Numbered from the stretch's first letter, positions 1 through 9,664 are shown. The stretch: DNA of 64,000 nucleotides from Rhodospirillales bacterium (GCA_012960465.1 DUBF01000058.1:33627-97626); one strand, 5' to 3'. Program-made: numbers and translations. The notes: generated by a model from the letters alone, not told the origin.

Positions 1-632
1 AAATTACAAACTTGATCATGTAATTTTGAGTCTCTCACCACTCCTTTATTCCCTACTTGTCCCTTAGAAACCTCAAACTGTGGCTTGATTAACGCAACCA
101 ATTTAGCTCCTGCTTTTGCTAGCTTTATTGGTGCGGGCAGAACAGTCCTCAGTCCAATAAAGCTTGTATCGCAACATATAAAATCAATTTTATCTGGAAC
201 TTCTTTCTTTGTAATATACCGAGCATTAAATCGCTCTATGACAACCACTCTTGCATTATTACGAATTGTCCATGCTAATTGTCCATGCCCAACATCGACC
301 GCATAGACTTTAGCGGCGCCTCTGCTTAATAACACATCACAAAATCCTCCGGTGGAGGCTCCAACATCCAGACAGATTGTATCCCTAACATTAAATTGGA
401 AATGACTAAGTGCGTGTTCTAATTTGATCCCACCACGTGATACCCACGGATGGTCTTGGCCCTTAAGCTCCAACATTATATTCTCTGGTATTTGTGCTCC
501 AGCCTTATCAAGTCGCTTGGACCCACTATACACCGACCCAGCCATAATTAAAGCTTGCGCTCGGCTACGAGATTGTACTAACCCCCGCTCAACCAGAAGT
601 TGATCTAATCTTCGTTTTTGAACTTTTGGCAT
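1..632 (-). CDS. tlyA: TlyA-family rRNA 2'-O-methyltransferase (hemolysin A-like), C-terminus cut by window edge
   Basis: My own reverse-strand translation from the ATG at 632-630 reads MPKVQKRRLDQLLVERGLVQSRSRAQALIMAG (S4 domain), then LDVGASTGGFCDVLL (SAM-binding motif) and DTSFIGL. It lies directly downstream of dxs. It is absent from the ORF track because it runs off the window. Confidence 0.8.
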   Translation of the reverse strand, partial: MPKVQKRRLDQLLVERGLVQSRSRAQALIMAGSVYSGSKRLDKAGAQIPENIMLELKGQDHPWVSRGGIKLEHALSHFQFNVRDTICLDVGASTGGFCDVLLSRGAAKVYAVDVGHGQLAWTIRNNARVVVIERFNARYITKKEVPDKIDFICCDTSFIGLRTVLPAPIKLAKAGAKLVALIKPQFEVSKGQVGNKGVVRDSKLHDQVCN

Positions 633-644
633 GTGGCCATTTTC

Positions 645-2579
645 TTATGCACTGGCAGGTGTAATTCCAGAATGGGTCTTATTAGTTTTCCCCAGTGCCA
701 ACAAAGTCGTTGCTACAATATCAGAGCGTTTCAATCCAGCTATTTCATACTGTTTTTCCGGTTTTTCATGATCTATAAAAATATCTGGTAAAGTCATAGC
801 TCTAAACTTTAAACCCTTATCAAAAACACCTGTATTAGCTAAGAACTGCATAACGTGAGCCGCAAAACCTCCAACGGCGCCCTCTTCAATAGTGATCAAC
901 ACTTCATGATTTTTCGCCAGACGAAGTATCATATTTTCATCAAGTGGTTTTGCAAAACGCGCGTCAGCTACAGTAGTTGACCAACCTAAAGAAGCCAACT
1001 CATCTGCTGCTTCTAAAGCTTCTCGCATGCGACCACCCAGTGTCAACAACGCTACTGAAGTGCCTTCACGCATAATACGCCCCTTACCAATTTCAAGGGG
1101 CTGCCCAATTTCAGGCATATCAACACCTAGTCCCTCACCCCGAGGATAACGAAACGCCGAGGGACGATCGTCAATTTGAGCTGCCGTCGCCACCATATGC
1201 TTTAGTTCTGCTTCATCAGAAGCCGCCATCACTATAAAATTTGGTAAGCACGAAAGGTAAGTAATATCGAATGAGCCCGCGTGGGTAGGTCCATCAGCAC
1301 CGACGAGCCCTGCCCTATCGATAGCAAACCTCACTGGCAATTTTTGTATTGCGACGTCGTGTACAATTTGATCATAAGCACGTTGTAAAAAAGTTGAGTA
1401 AATTGTTGCGAAAGGCTTATACCCTTCGGTTGCCATTCCAGCTGAAAATGTAACACCATGTTGTTCGGCAATACCAACATCAAAAGTTCGCTCGGGAAAA
1501 GCTTCGCCAAATTTATCAAGTCCAGTACCTCCCGGCATAGCCGCGGTAATAGCGACAATCTTCTGATCTTTTTCAGCTTCCTGAATAAGTGCATCCGCAT
1601 AAACGCTCGTATAAGAAGGAGCATTCGACTTAGGTTTATCTTGTTTGCCTGTCACCACATCAAATTTTGAAACCCCGTGATATTTATCAGCCGATTCTTC
1701 AGCGGGCTTGTAGCCATGTCCCTTTTCCGTCACAATATGAAGTAAAACAGGACCACTATCATCTACATCACGCAAATTTTTTAAAAGTGGTAAAAGATGG
1801 TCAATATTATGTCCATCAACTGGGCCTATATAAAAAAAACCTAACTCTTCAAAAAGAGTGCCACCAGTTAGAATTCCGCGGGCATATTCTTCCGCTCGAC
1901 GAGCCGTCTCTTCAATACGACGTGGTAGTTTTTCAACTATTTCTTTTGCAAAGTGGCGGATAGATTGATACGACTTTGAAGAAATTAAACGTGATAAGTA
2001 AGCACTCATTGCCCCAACAGGCGGCGCAATCGACATATCGTTATCATTTAAGACAACAATTAATCTTGAATTTTTTGAACCCGCATTATTCATCGCCTCG
2101 TATGCCATTCCTGCGCTCATTGAACCGTCACCAATAACCGAAATCACATTTCTCTTTACGCCGCCAAGTTCACTGGCAACGGCCATACCCAAACCCGCAG
2201 AGATAGAAGTTGAGCTGTGGGCTGCCCCAAACGGATCAAATTGACTTTCATCGCGTTTTGTAAAACCAGATAGTCCTCCTCCTTGGCGAAGCGTCCGGAT
2301 ACGGTTACGACGACCTGTCAGAATCTTATGCGGATAGGCCTGGTGACTAACATCCCATATTAAACGATCGTGCGGTGTATTAAAAACATGGTGGAGCGCC
2401 ACGCTCAATTCAACAACACCTAAACTGGCACCAAGATGCCCGCCTGTTATAGAAACAGCATCGATTGTTTCAGCGCGAACCTCATCGGATAATTGCTTTA
2501 ATTGCCCAGCCGAAAAATCACGGATATCTGAAGGTTCGGTAACTTTATCTAACAAAGGTGTTTTACTAACTTCCGTCAC
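645..2579 (-). CDS. dxs: 1-deoxy-D-xylulose-5-phosphate synthase
   Basis: 644 aa. Contains [21 protein letters not shown], the [16 protein letters not shown] motif and the ThDP motif [18 protein letters not shown]. Sits in the classical xseB-ispA-dxs order. Confidence 0.97.
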   Translation of the reverse strand: MTEVSKTPLLDKVTEPSDIRDFSAGQLKQLSDEVRAETIDAVSITGGHLGASLGVVELSVALHHVFNTPHDRLIWDVSHQAYPHKILTGRRNRIRTLRQGGGLSGFTKRDESQFDPFGAAHSSTSISAGLGMAVASELGGVKRNVISVIGDGSMSAGMAYEAMNNAGSKNSRLIVVLNDNDMSIAPPVGAMSAYLSRLISSKSYQSIRHFAKEIVEKLPRRIEETARRAEEYARGILTGGTLFEELGFFYIGPVDGHNIDHLLPLLKNLRDVDDSGPVLLHIVTEKGHGYKPAEESADKYHGVSKFDVVTGKQDKPKSNAPSYTSVYADALIQEAEKDQKIVAITAAMPGGTGLDKFGEAFPERTFDVGIAEQHGVTFSAGMATEGYKPFATIYSTFLQRAYDQIVHDVAIQKLPVRFAIDRAGLVGADGPTHAGSFDITYLSCLPNFIVMAASDEAELKHMVATAAQIDDRPSAFRYPRGEGLGVDMPEIGQPLEIGKGRIMREGTSVALLTLGGRMREALEAADELASLGWSTTVADARFAKPLDENMILRLAKNHEVLITIEEGAVGGFAAHVMQFLANTGVFDKGLKFRAMTLPDIFIDHEKPEKQYEIAGLKRSDIVATTLLALGKTNKTHSGITPASA

Positions 2580-2631
2580 GATATTTCTCTTCCAAATTTT
2601 ATTTTAATATCTTTTTCGACCATAATACATA

Positions 2632-3519
2632 TCAATTATCGCGTTCTATAACAAATCTCGCCAAATCACGCAAAAGACCCGCTTTCTCACCGAAAATATC
2701 AAGATGTTTAATGGCTTGATCTGTCAATATCACTGCTTGTGAACGTGCGCGCTCAACTCCAAGCTGCGAAACAAAAGTAGCCTTACCGGCTTTTGTGTCT
2801 TTATTAATTGCTTTACCCAACTCTTTCGGATGACCATCAATATCCAATAAATCATCTGTAATCTGAAATGCTAACCCAATATCATAAGCATAAGCATTCA
2901 ACAAATGTCGCTGCGTCTCACTAGCTTTGCCAAGGATGGCACCCGACTGGCATGAACAATTAATCAACGCTCCTGTCTTCATACGTTGGAGCCGAGTAAT
3001 TTCAGGCATACCCAATATATTTTTTTCAGCAAATAGGTCCAGAATTTGTCCACCAACCATACCTTGAGCTCCAACCGCATGAGATATTTCCAAGACTAAA
3101 TCAGCCCGAATTTTTGCTGAATCATGAGTATCTGAATGCGCTATTACTTCAAATGCCAAAGTAAGTAATGCATCGCCAGCGAGAATAGCTGTAGCCTCAT
3201 CGAACTTTAAATGACAAGTTGGCTCACCGCGTCGAAGATTATCATCATCCATTGCTGGTAAATCATCATGAATGAGCGAATAGGTATGTATCATTTCGAC
3301 CGCGGCAGCAACACGTTCGGAAGATGAGCGAGACACATTAAACAAATCTGCGGACGCAATAACCAAAAATGGTCGCAAGCGCTTTCCCCCAGCCATTACA
3401 GAATATCTCATTGCTTGAAAAACCTGCGATTCAGGTCCTTCATTTACAGGTATAAGCTTTAATAAAGCTGTCTCGGTAGCAGCAACTACGTCAGCTAAGG
3501 CGTCAGTAAATTCAGTCAA
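2632..3519 (-). CDS. ispA: (2E,6E)-farnesyl diphosphate synthase / polyprenyl synthetase
   Basis: 295 aa. First Asp-rich motif is LIHDDLPAMDDDNLRRG and the second is FQITDDLLD. Confidence 0.93.
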   Translation of the reverse strand: MTEFTDALADVVAATETALLKLIPVNEGPESQVFQAMRYSVMAGGKRLRPFLVIASADLFNVSRSSSERVAAAVEMIHTYSLIHDDLPAMDDDNLRRGEPTCHLKFDEATAILAGDALLTLAFEVIAHSDTHDSAKIRADLVLEISHAVGAQGMVGGQILDLFAEKNILGMPEITRLQRMKTGALINCSCQSGAILGKASETQRHLLNAYAYDIGLAFQITDDLLDIDGHPKELGKAINKDTKAGKATFVSQLGVERARSQAVILTDQAIKHLDIFGEKAGLLRDLARFVIERDN

Positions 3520-3534
3520 AAAATGAGCCCTTAA

Positions 3535-3771
3535 CTATTGTGAAATATCAAAGGGTTCAGCGGTCACGTTACCATCCGACCCAACTACTATTTTTTCAAT
3601 ACGAGCCCTAGCTTCGCTTAATTTAGTCTCGCAATGTTTCTTCAACAACGTTCCCCGCTCGTATGCTCCAATTGCATCATCCAGCTTGTTAGCTCCTTGC
3701 TCAAGATTTCCAACAATCTCTTCAAGTTCAATTAAAGCATCCTCAAAGCTCATTTTCTTAATGTCAGCCAT
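3535..3771 (-). CDS. xseB: exodeoxyribonuclease VII small subunit
   Basis: I trimmed the ORF to the internal Met (MADIKKMSFEDALIELEEIVGNLEQG...). This gives the typical ~78-aa XseB helical protein, located upstream of ispA-dxs. The 117-aa version in the track is probably over-extended. Confidence 0.9.
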   Translation of the reverse strand: MADIKKMSFEDALIELEEIVGNLEQGANKLDDAIGAYERGTLLKKHCETKLSEARARIEKIVVGSDGNVTAEPFDISQ

Positions 3772-3894
3772 AATTCTTTTACTGTTTCCGTCCGCAACCA
3801 TAAACACCAACCCCTTGCTTTTCGATTGGAGTGTACGCCCCTGTTTCCCCTTGGGGCAAACAGAAATCCCGACCCGGACAAAACTCAAGACCGA

Positions 3895-4821
3895 TTACGA
3901 TCTCATAAGTGCGGTAACGTGGACACCCACGCATTCCGCCAGAGCATTTAAATCATAACCTCCTTCAAGGGTCGAGACTAAACGCCCATTGCAGCATTCA
4001 TCGGCCACGAGCATCAGCTCTTGTGTCACCCACGCAAAATCAGCAGTCGCTAGATTAAGTTGACATAATGGATCTTGAATATGGGCATCAAACCCAGCAG
4101 ATATAAGTAAAAGATCTGGATTAAAATCTCTAAGTTTCGGCAAAATATTTTCTGTATAAGCCTCCCGAAATAACTCCGATCCACTACCTGGTTTAAGTGG
4201 AACGTTCACGATATTTCCAACTCCAGTTTCAGACGACTCTCCCGTGCCTGGATAAGCTGGAAATTGGTGGCTCGAGCCATAAAATAAAGTAGGATCAGAT
4301 TCAAACATATGCTGAGTGCCGTTTCCATGATGAACATCAAAGTCAACAACTGCTACTTTATCAACACCATGAGTTTCTTGGGCATATTTAGCTCCAATTG
4401 CAATATTATTAAAAACACAAAACCCCATCGCTTGCGAAGCCTCGGCATGATGACCTGGTGGTCGCATAGCGCAAAAAACATTATTTGCCACAACGTTTAA
4501 AACATCATCAATCGCTGCGCAAACTCCACCAACCCCTCTTAGTATGGCTTCGCCTGAACCGGGCGATAAAATAGTGTCATGATCTAACTGAACAAGCCCA
4601 TTGGCTGGAACAGCTTGGAGAATATGATCAATATAACTGGGATTATGCATCAAGGAAATCACCTCCAACTGTGCCAAAGGAGATTCAAAACGAACTAAAT
4701 CTTCAAAACACACTTCACCCAATTTAGCCAAGACTGATTCAAGACGGTCAGGAGATTCAGGGTGGTGGGGACCTGGCTCATGATTAGCACATGCTGGGTG
4801 TTGATATAAATATGTTGTCAC
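3895..4821 (-). CDS. histone deacetylase-family amidohydrolase (acetoin utilisation/acetylpolyamine deacetylase-like)
   Basis: Contains the HDAC motifs CAMRPPGHHAE, DFDVHHGNGTQ and EGGYD. I moved the start to the GTG at 4821 because a strong AAAGGAGGG Shine-Dalgarno sits 6 nt upstream. The resulting MTTYLYQHP N-terminus is typical of the family. Confidence 0.85.
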   Translation of the reverse strand: MTTYLYQHPACANHEPGPHHPESPDRLESVLAKLGEVCFEDLVRFESPLAQLEVISLMHNPSYIDHILQAVPANGLVQLDHDTILSPGSGEAILRGVGGVCAAIDDVLNVVANNVFCAMRPPGHHAEASQAMGFCVFNNIAIGAKYAQETHGVDKVAVVDFDVHHGNGTQHMFESDPTLFYGSSHQFPAYPGTGESSETGVGNIVNVPLKPGSGSELFREAYTENILPKLRDFNPDLLLISAGFDAHIQDPLCQLNLATADFAWVTQELMLVADECCNGRLVSTLEGGYDLNALAECVGVHVTALMRS

Positions 4822-5189
4822 AATCTTCCCTCCTTTACATTCGTCCATTTTGAGTACAAACAATTTATTATCAACTACCCGATAATCATGCAAAAAAATA
4901 TCAGACCGTATGTATAGAATTTTTGGTGATTCAAATACTTTTATCACCGAAAATGCAACTGAATTTGAATTGAAATCGATCGAAACAAGGTCAGCCTTAT
5001 TTTAATCTGAAATTAAATTTATTTCTGGTCAATACATTTCACAGAAAAAAATAAAAAAGATGGCTATTTTTAATTTCTCGCAATTTCTAACTTTATTTCT
5101 GCTACAATAGTTGAAATTTGTTGTGAAATTTGTTCATAAAAGGAGTAAACTACTTACTAAATTAAACCCGCGAGAAGAGATGTTCGATT

Positions 5190-6254
5190 ATGCTTTTTCG
5201 TCAATTATTTGAGAGTGAATCCTGTACGTATACTTATTTACTTGCTGGATCAAAAGGTGGAGAGGCCCTTATCATTGATCCAGTTTATAAAAAAACTGAC
5301 CACTATCTTGCACTTATAGAAGAACTTAATTTGAAGCTTGTTAAAGCTATTGATACGCACGTACATGCCGACCACGTCACCGCACTTGGCGCTTTACGAG
5401 ATAAAACAAACTGTATTACCGTTATGGGTAAACAAAGTAGCGTTGACGTTGTGTCAATGCGAGTTGAGGACGGTGATAAGATTGAAATTGATGGTTTGTC
5501 TTTAGCCGTCATTTACACACCTGGCCATACGAATGATTCATACTGCTTTTATACACCAGGAATGGTCTTCACAGGTGACACACTTTTTATCAGAGGTACG
5601 GGTAGAACAGATTTTCAGGGTGGTAATTCATTAGACGCTTATAACTCTCTGTTCAATAAATTATTAACGCTACCAGAAGAAACTTTTGTTTATCCCGGAC
5701 ATGATTATAAAGGAGATAGTTGCAGTACGATTGGAGAAGAAAAGGCTTTCAATCCACGCCTCCAGGTTTCATCCGCTAGCGAATATGCAGACATAATGAA
5801 AAACCTCGTCCTCCCTAATCCTAAAATGATGGATATTGTTGTACCCAAAAACAAAAAAATAGGGATTATTCAAAAAACTTCCAAAAAAAATAATCGTACG
5901 GCCTCAGCATATGAAGCTATTACCCAATTTAAAAAAAAAGACACATTATTTATTGACCTAAGAGAAGACATTGAACGTGATAAATATGGTGAAATTCCAA
6001 ATTCAGTTCATGCTCCTTATAAAAACTTGCCTAATCTAATCAAGCCGGGAGGACATCTGGAAGCACTGGCGAAACAATCTGACGATCAGATTATACTCTA
6101 TTGTGCCTATGGTGAAAGATCGGCAATGGCTCTTAAAGAAATTAGAGCTGCTGGCTTCAAAAACATTTACCATCTTAGGGGTGGGATAGATGCCTGGATA
6201 AATGCAAATGGCCCGGTCAAACCAGCGTCACGGTTAAATAAAATTAAACCTTAA
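5190..6254 (+). CDS. persulfide dioxygenase (ETHE1-like MBL fold) fused to a C-terminal rhodanese domain
   Basis: The N-terminus MLFRQLFESESCTYTYLLA and DTHVHADHVT (HxHxDH) are ETHE1-type. A Lys/Asn-rich linker follows. The C-terminal domain has a rhodanese active-site loop CAYGERS and ends LRGGIDAW. Confidence 0.85.
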   Translation: MLFRQLFESESCTYTYLLAGSKGGEALIIDPVYKKTDHYLALIEELNLKLVKAIDTHVHADHVTALGALRDKTNCITVMGKQSSVDVVSMRVEDGDKIEIDGLSLAVIYTPGHTNDSYCFYTPGMVFTGDTLFIRGTGRTDFQGGNSLDAYNSLFNKLLTLPEETFVYPGHDYKGDSCSTIGEEKAFNPRLQVSSASEYADIMKNLVLPNPKMMDIVVPKNKKIGIIQKTSKKNNRTASAYEAITQFKKKDTLFIDLREDIERDKYGEIPNSVHAPYKNLPNLIKPGGHLEALAKQSDDQIILYCAYGERSAMALKEIRAAGFKNIYHLRGGIDAWINANGPVKPASRLNKIKP

Positions 6255-7266
6255 TATACCGTTCAACACCCTTTCTATCCTCACGACGGAGGAGTTTACC
6301 CTGGTGCTCTAAATATCTAATATGGGCCATTGTTTCACCAATAGCAAAAAATTTACCGTGTAAATCAAGGTCTTGTGGAAAAAGAAATCTAGCAACTTCC
6401 ACTCCAGATAAGGGCTCAATACATGCCCCTAAAACAACCTGGAGACGATCTGCATGATGGGCTATATATTGGTCTAATCTTTCATGGAGACCCGTAAACG
6501 GAAAATTGTGGCTTGGCAGCACAACAATGGATTCTGGTAAATAACGTAACTTTTTATTACTTTCAAGGAAATCCAAAAGAGGGTTTGCCTCTGGTTCATA
6601 GGCTTGGACCATAACAGTCGGTGTAATTTTAGGGAGAACCTGGTCCCCAGCAATCAATACTTCCAATTCAGGACAATAAAGACAGGCATGTTCTTGGGAA
6701 TGTCCCAACCCGACGATCACAAACCAACTTTTCCCCGCGATCATTATTTCAGATCCATCGCGCAAACGATCAAACTGATGTGGTACGTCGTAATAGAATT
6801 GGTCGGCCGTTGCAATATGAGCTCCATACTCTTTTATCTCAGATTGCTTAAATCCTATGCGGATGCAATAATCGTAATAAAATTTTTCATCATTCATATT
6901 ACCTGTCGCAAACATTCGACCAAAAGTCCACTCCTCACGTGTAATTAACAATTTTGTTCCGTATTTCTCTTGGATCCATCCGCCGAGACCTATATGATCA
7001 GGGTGGGCATGAGTACAAATCAATCGCGTGATCGGTTTTCCATCAAGAACGCTATTAAATAATTTTTCCCAAAGCTCTTTGGTACACTCATCATTAATAC
7101 CGCTGTCGATGAGAACCCAGCCAACGGCCTCTTCAATTAGCCATATGTTAATATGATTTAGTCGAAACGGTAATGGCATCCGGATCCATAAAATACCTGG
7201 AGAAATCTCATAAACTTCCCCCGGTTCAGGGGTATGATCCGTCAATTTCTTTATTTTTTGAGTCAC
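6244..7266 (-). CDS. MBL-fold metallo-hydrolase
   Basis: 340 aa with THAHPDHIG (HxHxDH) and later His ligands (GHSQEH). The specific subfamily was not recognised. Its 3' end overlaps the convergent gene by 11 bp. Confidence 0.75.
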   Translation of the reverse strand: MTQKIKKLTDHTPEPGEVYEISPGILWIRMPLPFRLNHINIWLIEEAVGWVLIDSGINDECTKELWEKLFNSVLDGKPITRLICTHAHPDHIGLGGWIQEKYGTKLLITREEWTFGRMFATGNMNDEKFYYDYCIRIGFKQSEIKEYGAHIATADQFYYDVPHQFDRLRDGSEIMIAGKSWFVIVGLGHSQEHACLYCPELEVLIAGDQVLPKITPTVMVQAYEPEANPLLDFLESNKKLRYLPESIVVLPSHNFPFTGLHERLDQYIAHHADRLQVVLGACIEPLSGVEVARFLFPQDLDLHGKFFAIGETMAHIRYLEHQGKLLRREDRKGVERYIKV

Positions 7267-7355
7267 AGAATAATTTATATCTCCGGGGGCTAGCTTTACG
7301 TCGACTATGACCTAGGTTTATAAAGTCGCGTCATCAAAAAGCAAGTTCTAGATAT

Positions 7356-8162
7356 TTAATTCACTGTTACCGACGGCAAGCTCAAACGAATCCATGCAAG
7401 TTCTTGTTTAATTGCTTCAAGGCTAGGCTTGTCAGGTGCATTCATAGCTTCATTGATTATTTCAATTCGTATTCCGGTTGGTAGGCGCTCTAAATTCTCA
7501 AGAAATAGAAACTTAATAGAAGGACGAATTGTATCAGAGCTAAGCAAACCCAAAATCAAACGTTTCCGAATATCAACTCGAAGGTTGCCGGCTTCTGAAA
7601 GTTCAAAAAATTCCGCAACAAACGTACGCGGGTCCAAACTGCCATCAATGAGTTGGCGCAAATTTTCTTTTAGAGCTTCAGTATAACGTTTGCGACTAAG
7701 CGCAACAAATTGTTTAGCATTGCGATGAACCTTATCAATAATCTTCGGGTTGAAGGCACTCTCTGTTACTAGGCCAACGCATTGTTTGACAACCGGATGT
7801 TTCGAAGTTTGACCCAACATGCCAAACACCTCCGTAATAAGTGGTGTGCGTTCTGACATTACACTCATTCGTACAGCAGCCGAAACTGACATCGGAGAAT
7901 CTGGATCGCGGGTTGCAACCATTGCTAAGGGTAGAGGATCCTCTAAAACTTGCAAATCAATATCAGTATTGAGCAAATGCTCAGGCATCAATAGTTTTCG
8001 GTCATCATCGGGAACAACCAGCGGTTGGTGGTTTTGATATTTTTCTTTTAGATCAAGAGCAAGTCTTAGACCTTCTTCAGTAAACCCCAGATTATTCTTG
8101 CTACTACTTTCGTGAATATCCTCAGCGCACTCTAACGAATCAGAACTAACTTCATTGGTCAT
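7356..8162 (-). CDS. hypothetical protein (acidic N-terminus, no recognisable motif)
   Basis: Long uninterrupted 268-aa ORF in a gap between well-supported genes. No signal peptide, TM segment or catalytic motif that I recognise. Confidence 0.5.
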   Translation of the reverse strand: MTNEVSSDSLECAEDIHESSSKNNLGFTEEGLRLALDLKEKYQNHQPLVVPDDDRKLLMPEHLLNTDIDLQVLEDPLPLAMVATRDPDSPMSVSAAVRMSVMSERTPLITEVFGMLGQTSKHPVVKQCVGLVTESAFNPKIIDKVHRNAKQFVALSRKRYTEALKENLRQLIDGSLDPRTFVAEFFELSEAGNLRVDIRKRLILGLLSSDTIRPSIKFLFLENLERLPTGIRIEIINEAMNAPDKPSLEAIKQELAWIRLSLPSVTVN

Positions 8163-8374
8163 TAATTCACCCTCTTAAGTTCACCGATTCATCCAACGGA
8201 GAACATTATACCACATTCACTTTCTCGCTCTTTAGAGCTTTTTCTTGATTAATTATAATAATGCCTAAAAAGTATTTCGAAAGTATTTATATTTCAATTT
8301 AACAATCGCAAAAAATTAAATAAAGTTTTCCTGAATTTAGTTAATATAGACTGTACAATGAATCTATATATTTC

Positions 8375-9664
8375 ATGATCAACACTGAGGTTCTCCATAT
8401 GCATTGCATATGCAAGGAATGCACGTTTCAGTTTAAGAGAGAAAGTCATAATGAACGTTGCCCTCAATGCAGCTCTCCCCGCCTACTAACACACCCTGAA
8501 TTGAATACTTTAAATATTGCCCACATTGACTGTGATGCATTCTATGCAAGCGTAGAAAAACGCGACAATCCTACGCTGAAAAATAAACCCGTTATTGTAG
8601 GCGGAGGTAAGCGAGGGGTCGTGGCAGCGTGTTGTTATATTTCAAGAATCAAAGGCATACACTCAGCGATGCCAATGTATAAAGCGTTGAAAGCATGTCC
8701 AGAAGCCGAGATTATCTCTCCCAATATGAAAAAATACATCCAGGTTGGACGACAAATTAAAAACCTCATGCGCGAGACAACACCACTGGTTGAGTCTTTG
8801 TCTATAGATGAAGCATTTCTCGATTTGAGTGGCACCCAAAAGCTCCACAACGGCAGTCCTGCTAAAACGTTGGTAAAATTGACCCAACGTATCGAAACGG
8901 AAGTTGGTATAACTACATCCGTTGGCCTTAGTTATAATAAATTTCTAGCTAAGACAGCTTCTGATATTGAGAAACCACGGGGCTTTTCAATTATCGGTAG
9001 AGTCGAAGCGACCAATTTCTTAAGCCATCGACCCGTCGGCTCTATTTGGGGCGTAGGTAAATCGTTGGGAAACCAACTTGCAAAAGATGGTTTGACGACA
9101 GTAAATCAATTACGTGAAATATCGGAGCATAATCTCACCAAAAAATATGGTAAGATTGGAAAGCGTCTCTTTCACTTCGCACGCGGCGAGGATAACAGGA
9201 CTGTCCAGCCAAATAAAAAATCAAAAAGTATTTCGAAAGAAACCACATTCAATAAGAATATAAAAAACATAGAACAATTGCTACACCAACTATGGCCCTT
9301 ATGCGAAAGTATTTCAAATCAGCTTAAGGGCAAAGAAATGGCCGCCCGTACGATTACCATAAAACTGAAGACGAGTAGTTTTAAAACCATAACTCGTTCT
9401 CGAACGTGTCAACAACCCACTCAATTAGCAGAGGTAATCTATCAAGAAGCTAAATTATTGTTAAAGCCCGAGGTTAATGGAATAATTTACCGCTTAATCG
9501 GTGTCGCGGTAAAACAATTTGCCCAACCTGATGAAGCTGATCAAACGGATCTTTTAGACAGTAAAATTGAAAATATCTCTAAAATTGAAGGCGCCATGGA
9601 AACCGTACGAGAAAAATTTGGTCAGCCATCTATAATAAAAGGGCGGGCTTTTTTAAAAGATTAA
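8375..9664 (+). CDS. dinB: DNA polymerase IV (Y-family) with N-terminal 4-Cys zinc-ribbon extension
   Basis: Contains the Y-family motifs HIDCDAFYASVE and SIDEAFLDLSG. The N-terminus carries CKEC...CPQC. The alternative start at 8399 (MHCICKEC) is equally possible. Confidence 0.93.
   Translation: MINTEVLHMHCICKECTFQFKRESHNERCPQCSSPRLLTHPELNTLNIAHIDCDAFYASVEKRDNPTLKNKPVIVGGGKRGVVAACCYISRIKGIHSAMPMYKALKACPEAEIISPNMKKYIQVGRQIKNLMRETTPLVESLSIDEAFLDLSGTQKLHNGSPAKTLVKLTQRIETEVGITTSVGLSYNKFLAKTASDIEKPRGFSIIGRVEATNFLSHRPVGSIWGVGKSLGNQLAKDGLTTVNQLREISEHNLTKKYGKIGKRLFHFARGEDNRTVQPNKKSKSISKETTFNKNIKNIEQLLHQLWPLCESISNQLKGKEMAARTITIKLKTSSFKTITRSRTCQQPTQLAEVIYQEAKLLLKPEVNGIIYRLIGVAVKQFAQPDEADQTDLLDSKIENISKIEGAMETVREKFGQPSIIKGRAFLKD

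Noticed and set aside
85-306. 73-aa plus-strand ORF at the left edge
   Set aside because: It lies entirely antisense to the tlyA reading frame, which shows clear S4 and SAM-methyltransferase motifs. It has no motif of its own.
3772-3888. N-terminal extensions of several track ORFs (xseB 117 aa, HDAC 350 aa, perM 380 aa, DUF2066 410 aa, methyltransferase 253 aa, Memo-AMMECR1 509 aa, yicC 328 aa, tsaC 328 aa)
   Set aside because: The longest-ORF starts overlap upstream genes or a terminator, or add residues not typical of the family. Internal starts with better Shine-Dalgarno spacing give family-typical N-termini.
8163-8374. Search for a LexA/SOS box upstream of dinB
   Set aside because: Only partial matches were found: GTTCACCGATTCATC (GTTC-N7-CATC) and CTGTACAATGAATCTA (CTGT-N8 without ACAG). 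Neither fits the alphaproteobacterial GTTC-N7-GTTC consensus or the gamma-type CTGT-N8-ACAG consensus.
8267-9239. Identical 17-mer AAAAAGTATTTCGAAAG at 8267-8283 (upstream of dinB) and 9223-9239 (inside dinB), containing the palindrome TTTCGAAA
   Set aside because: This is a single pair of short, AT-rich, low-complexity matches. In a 64-kb AT-biased sequence it is within reach of chance, and nothing else supports a regulatory role.
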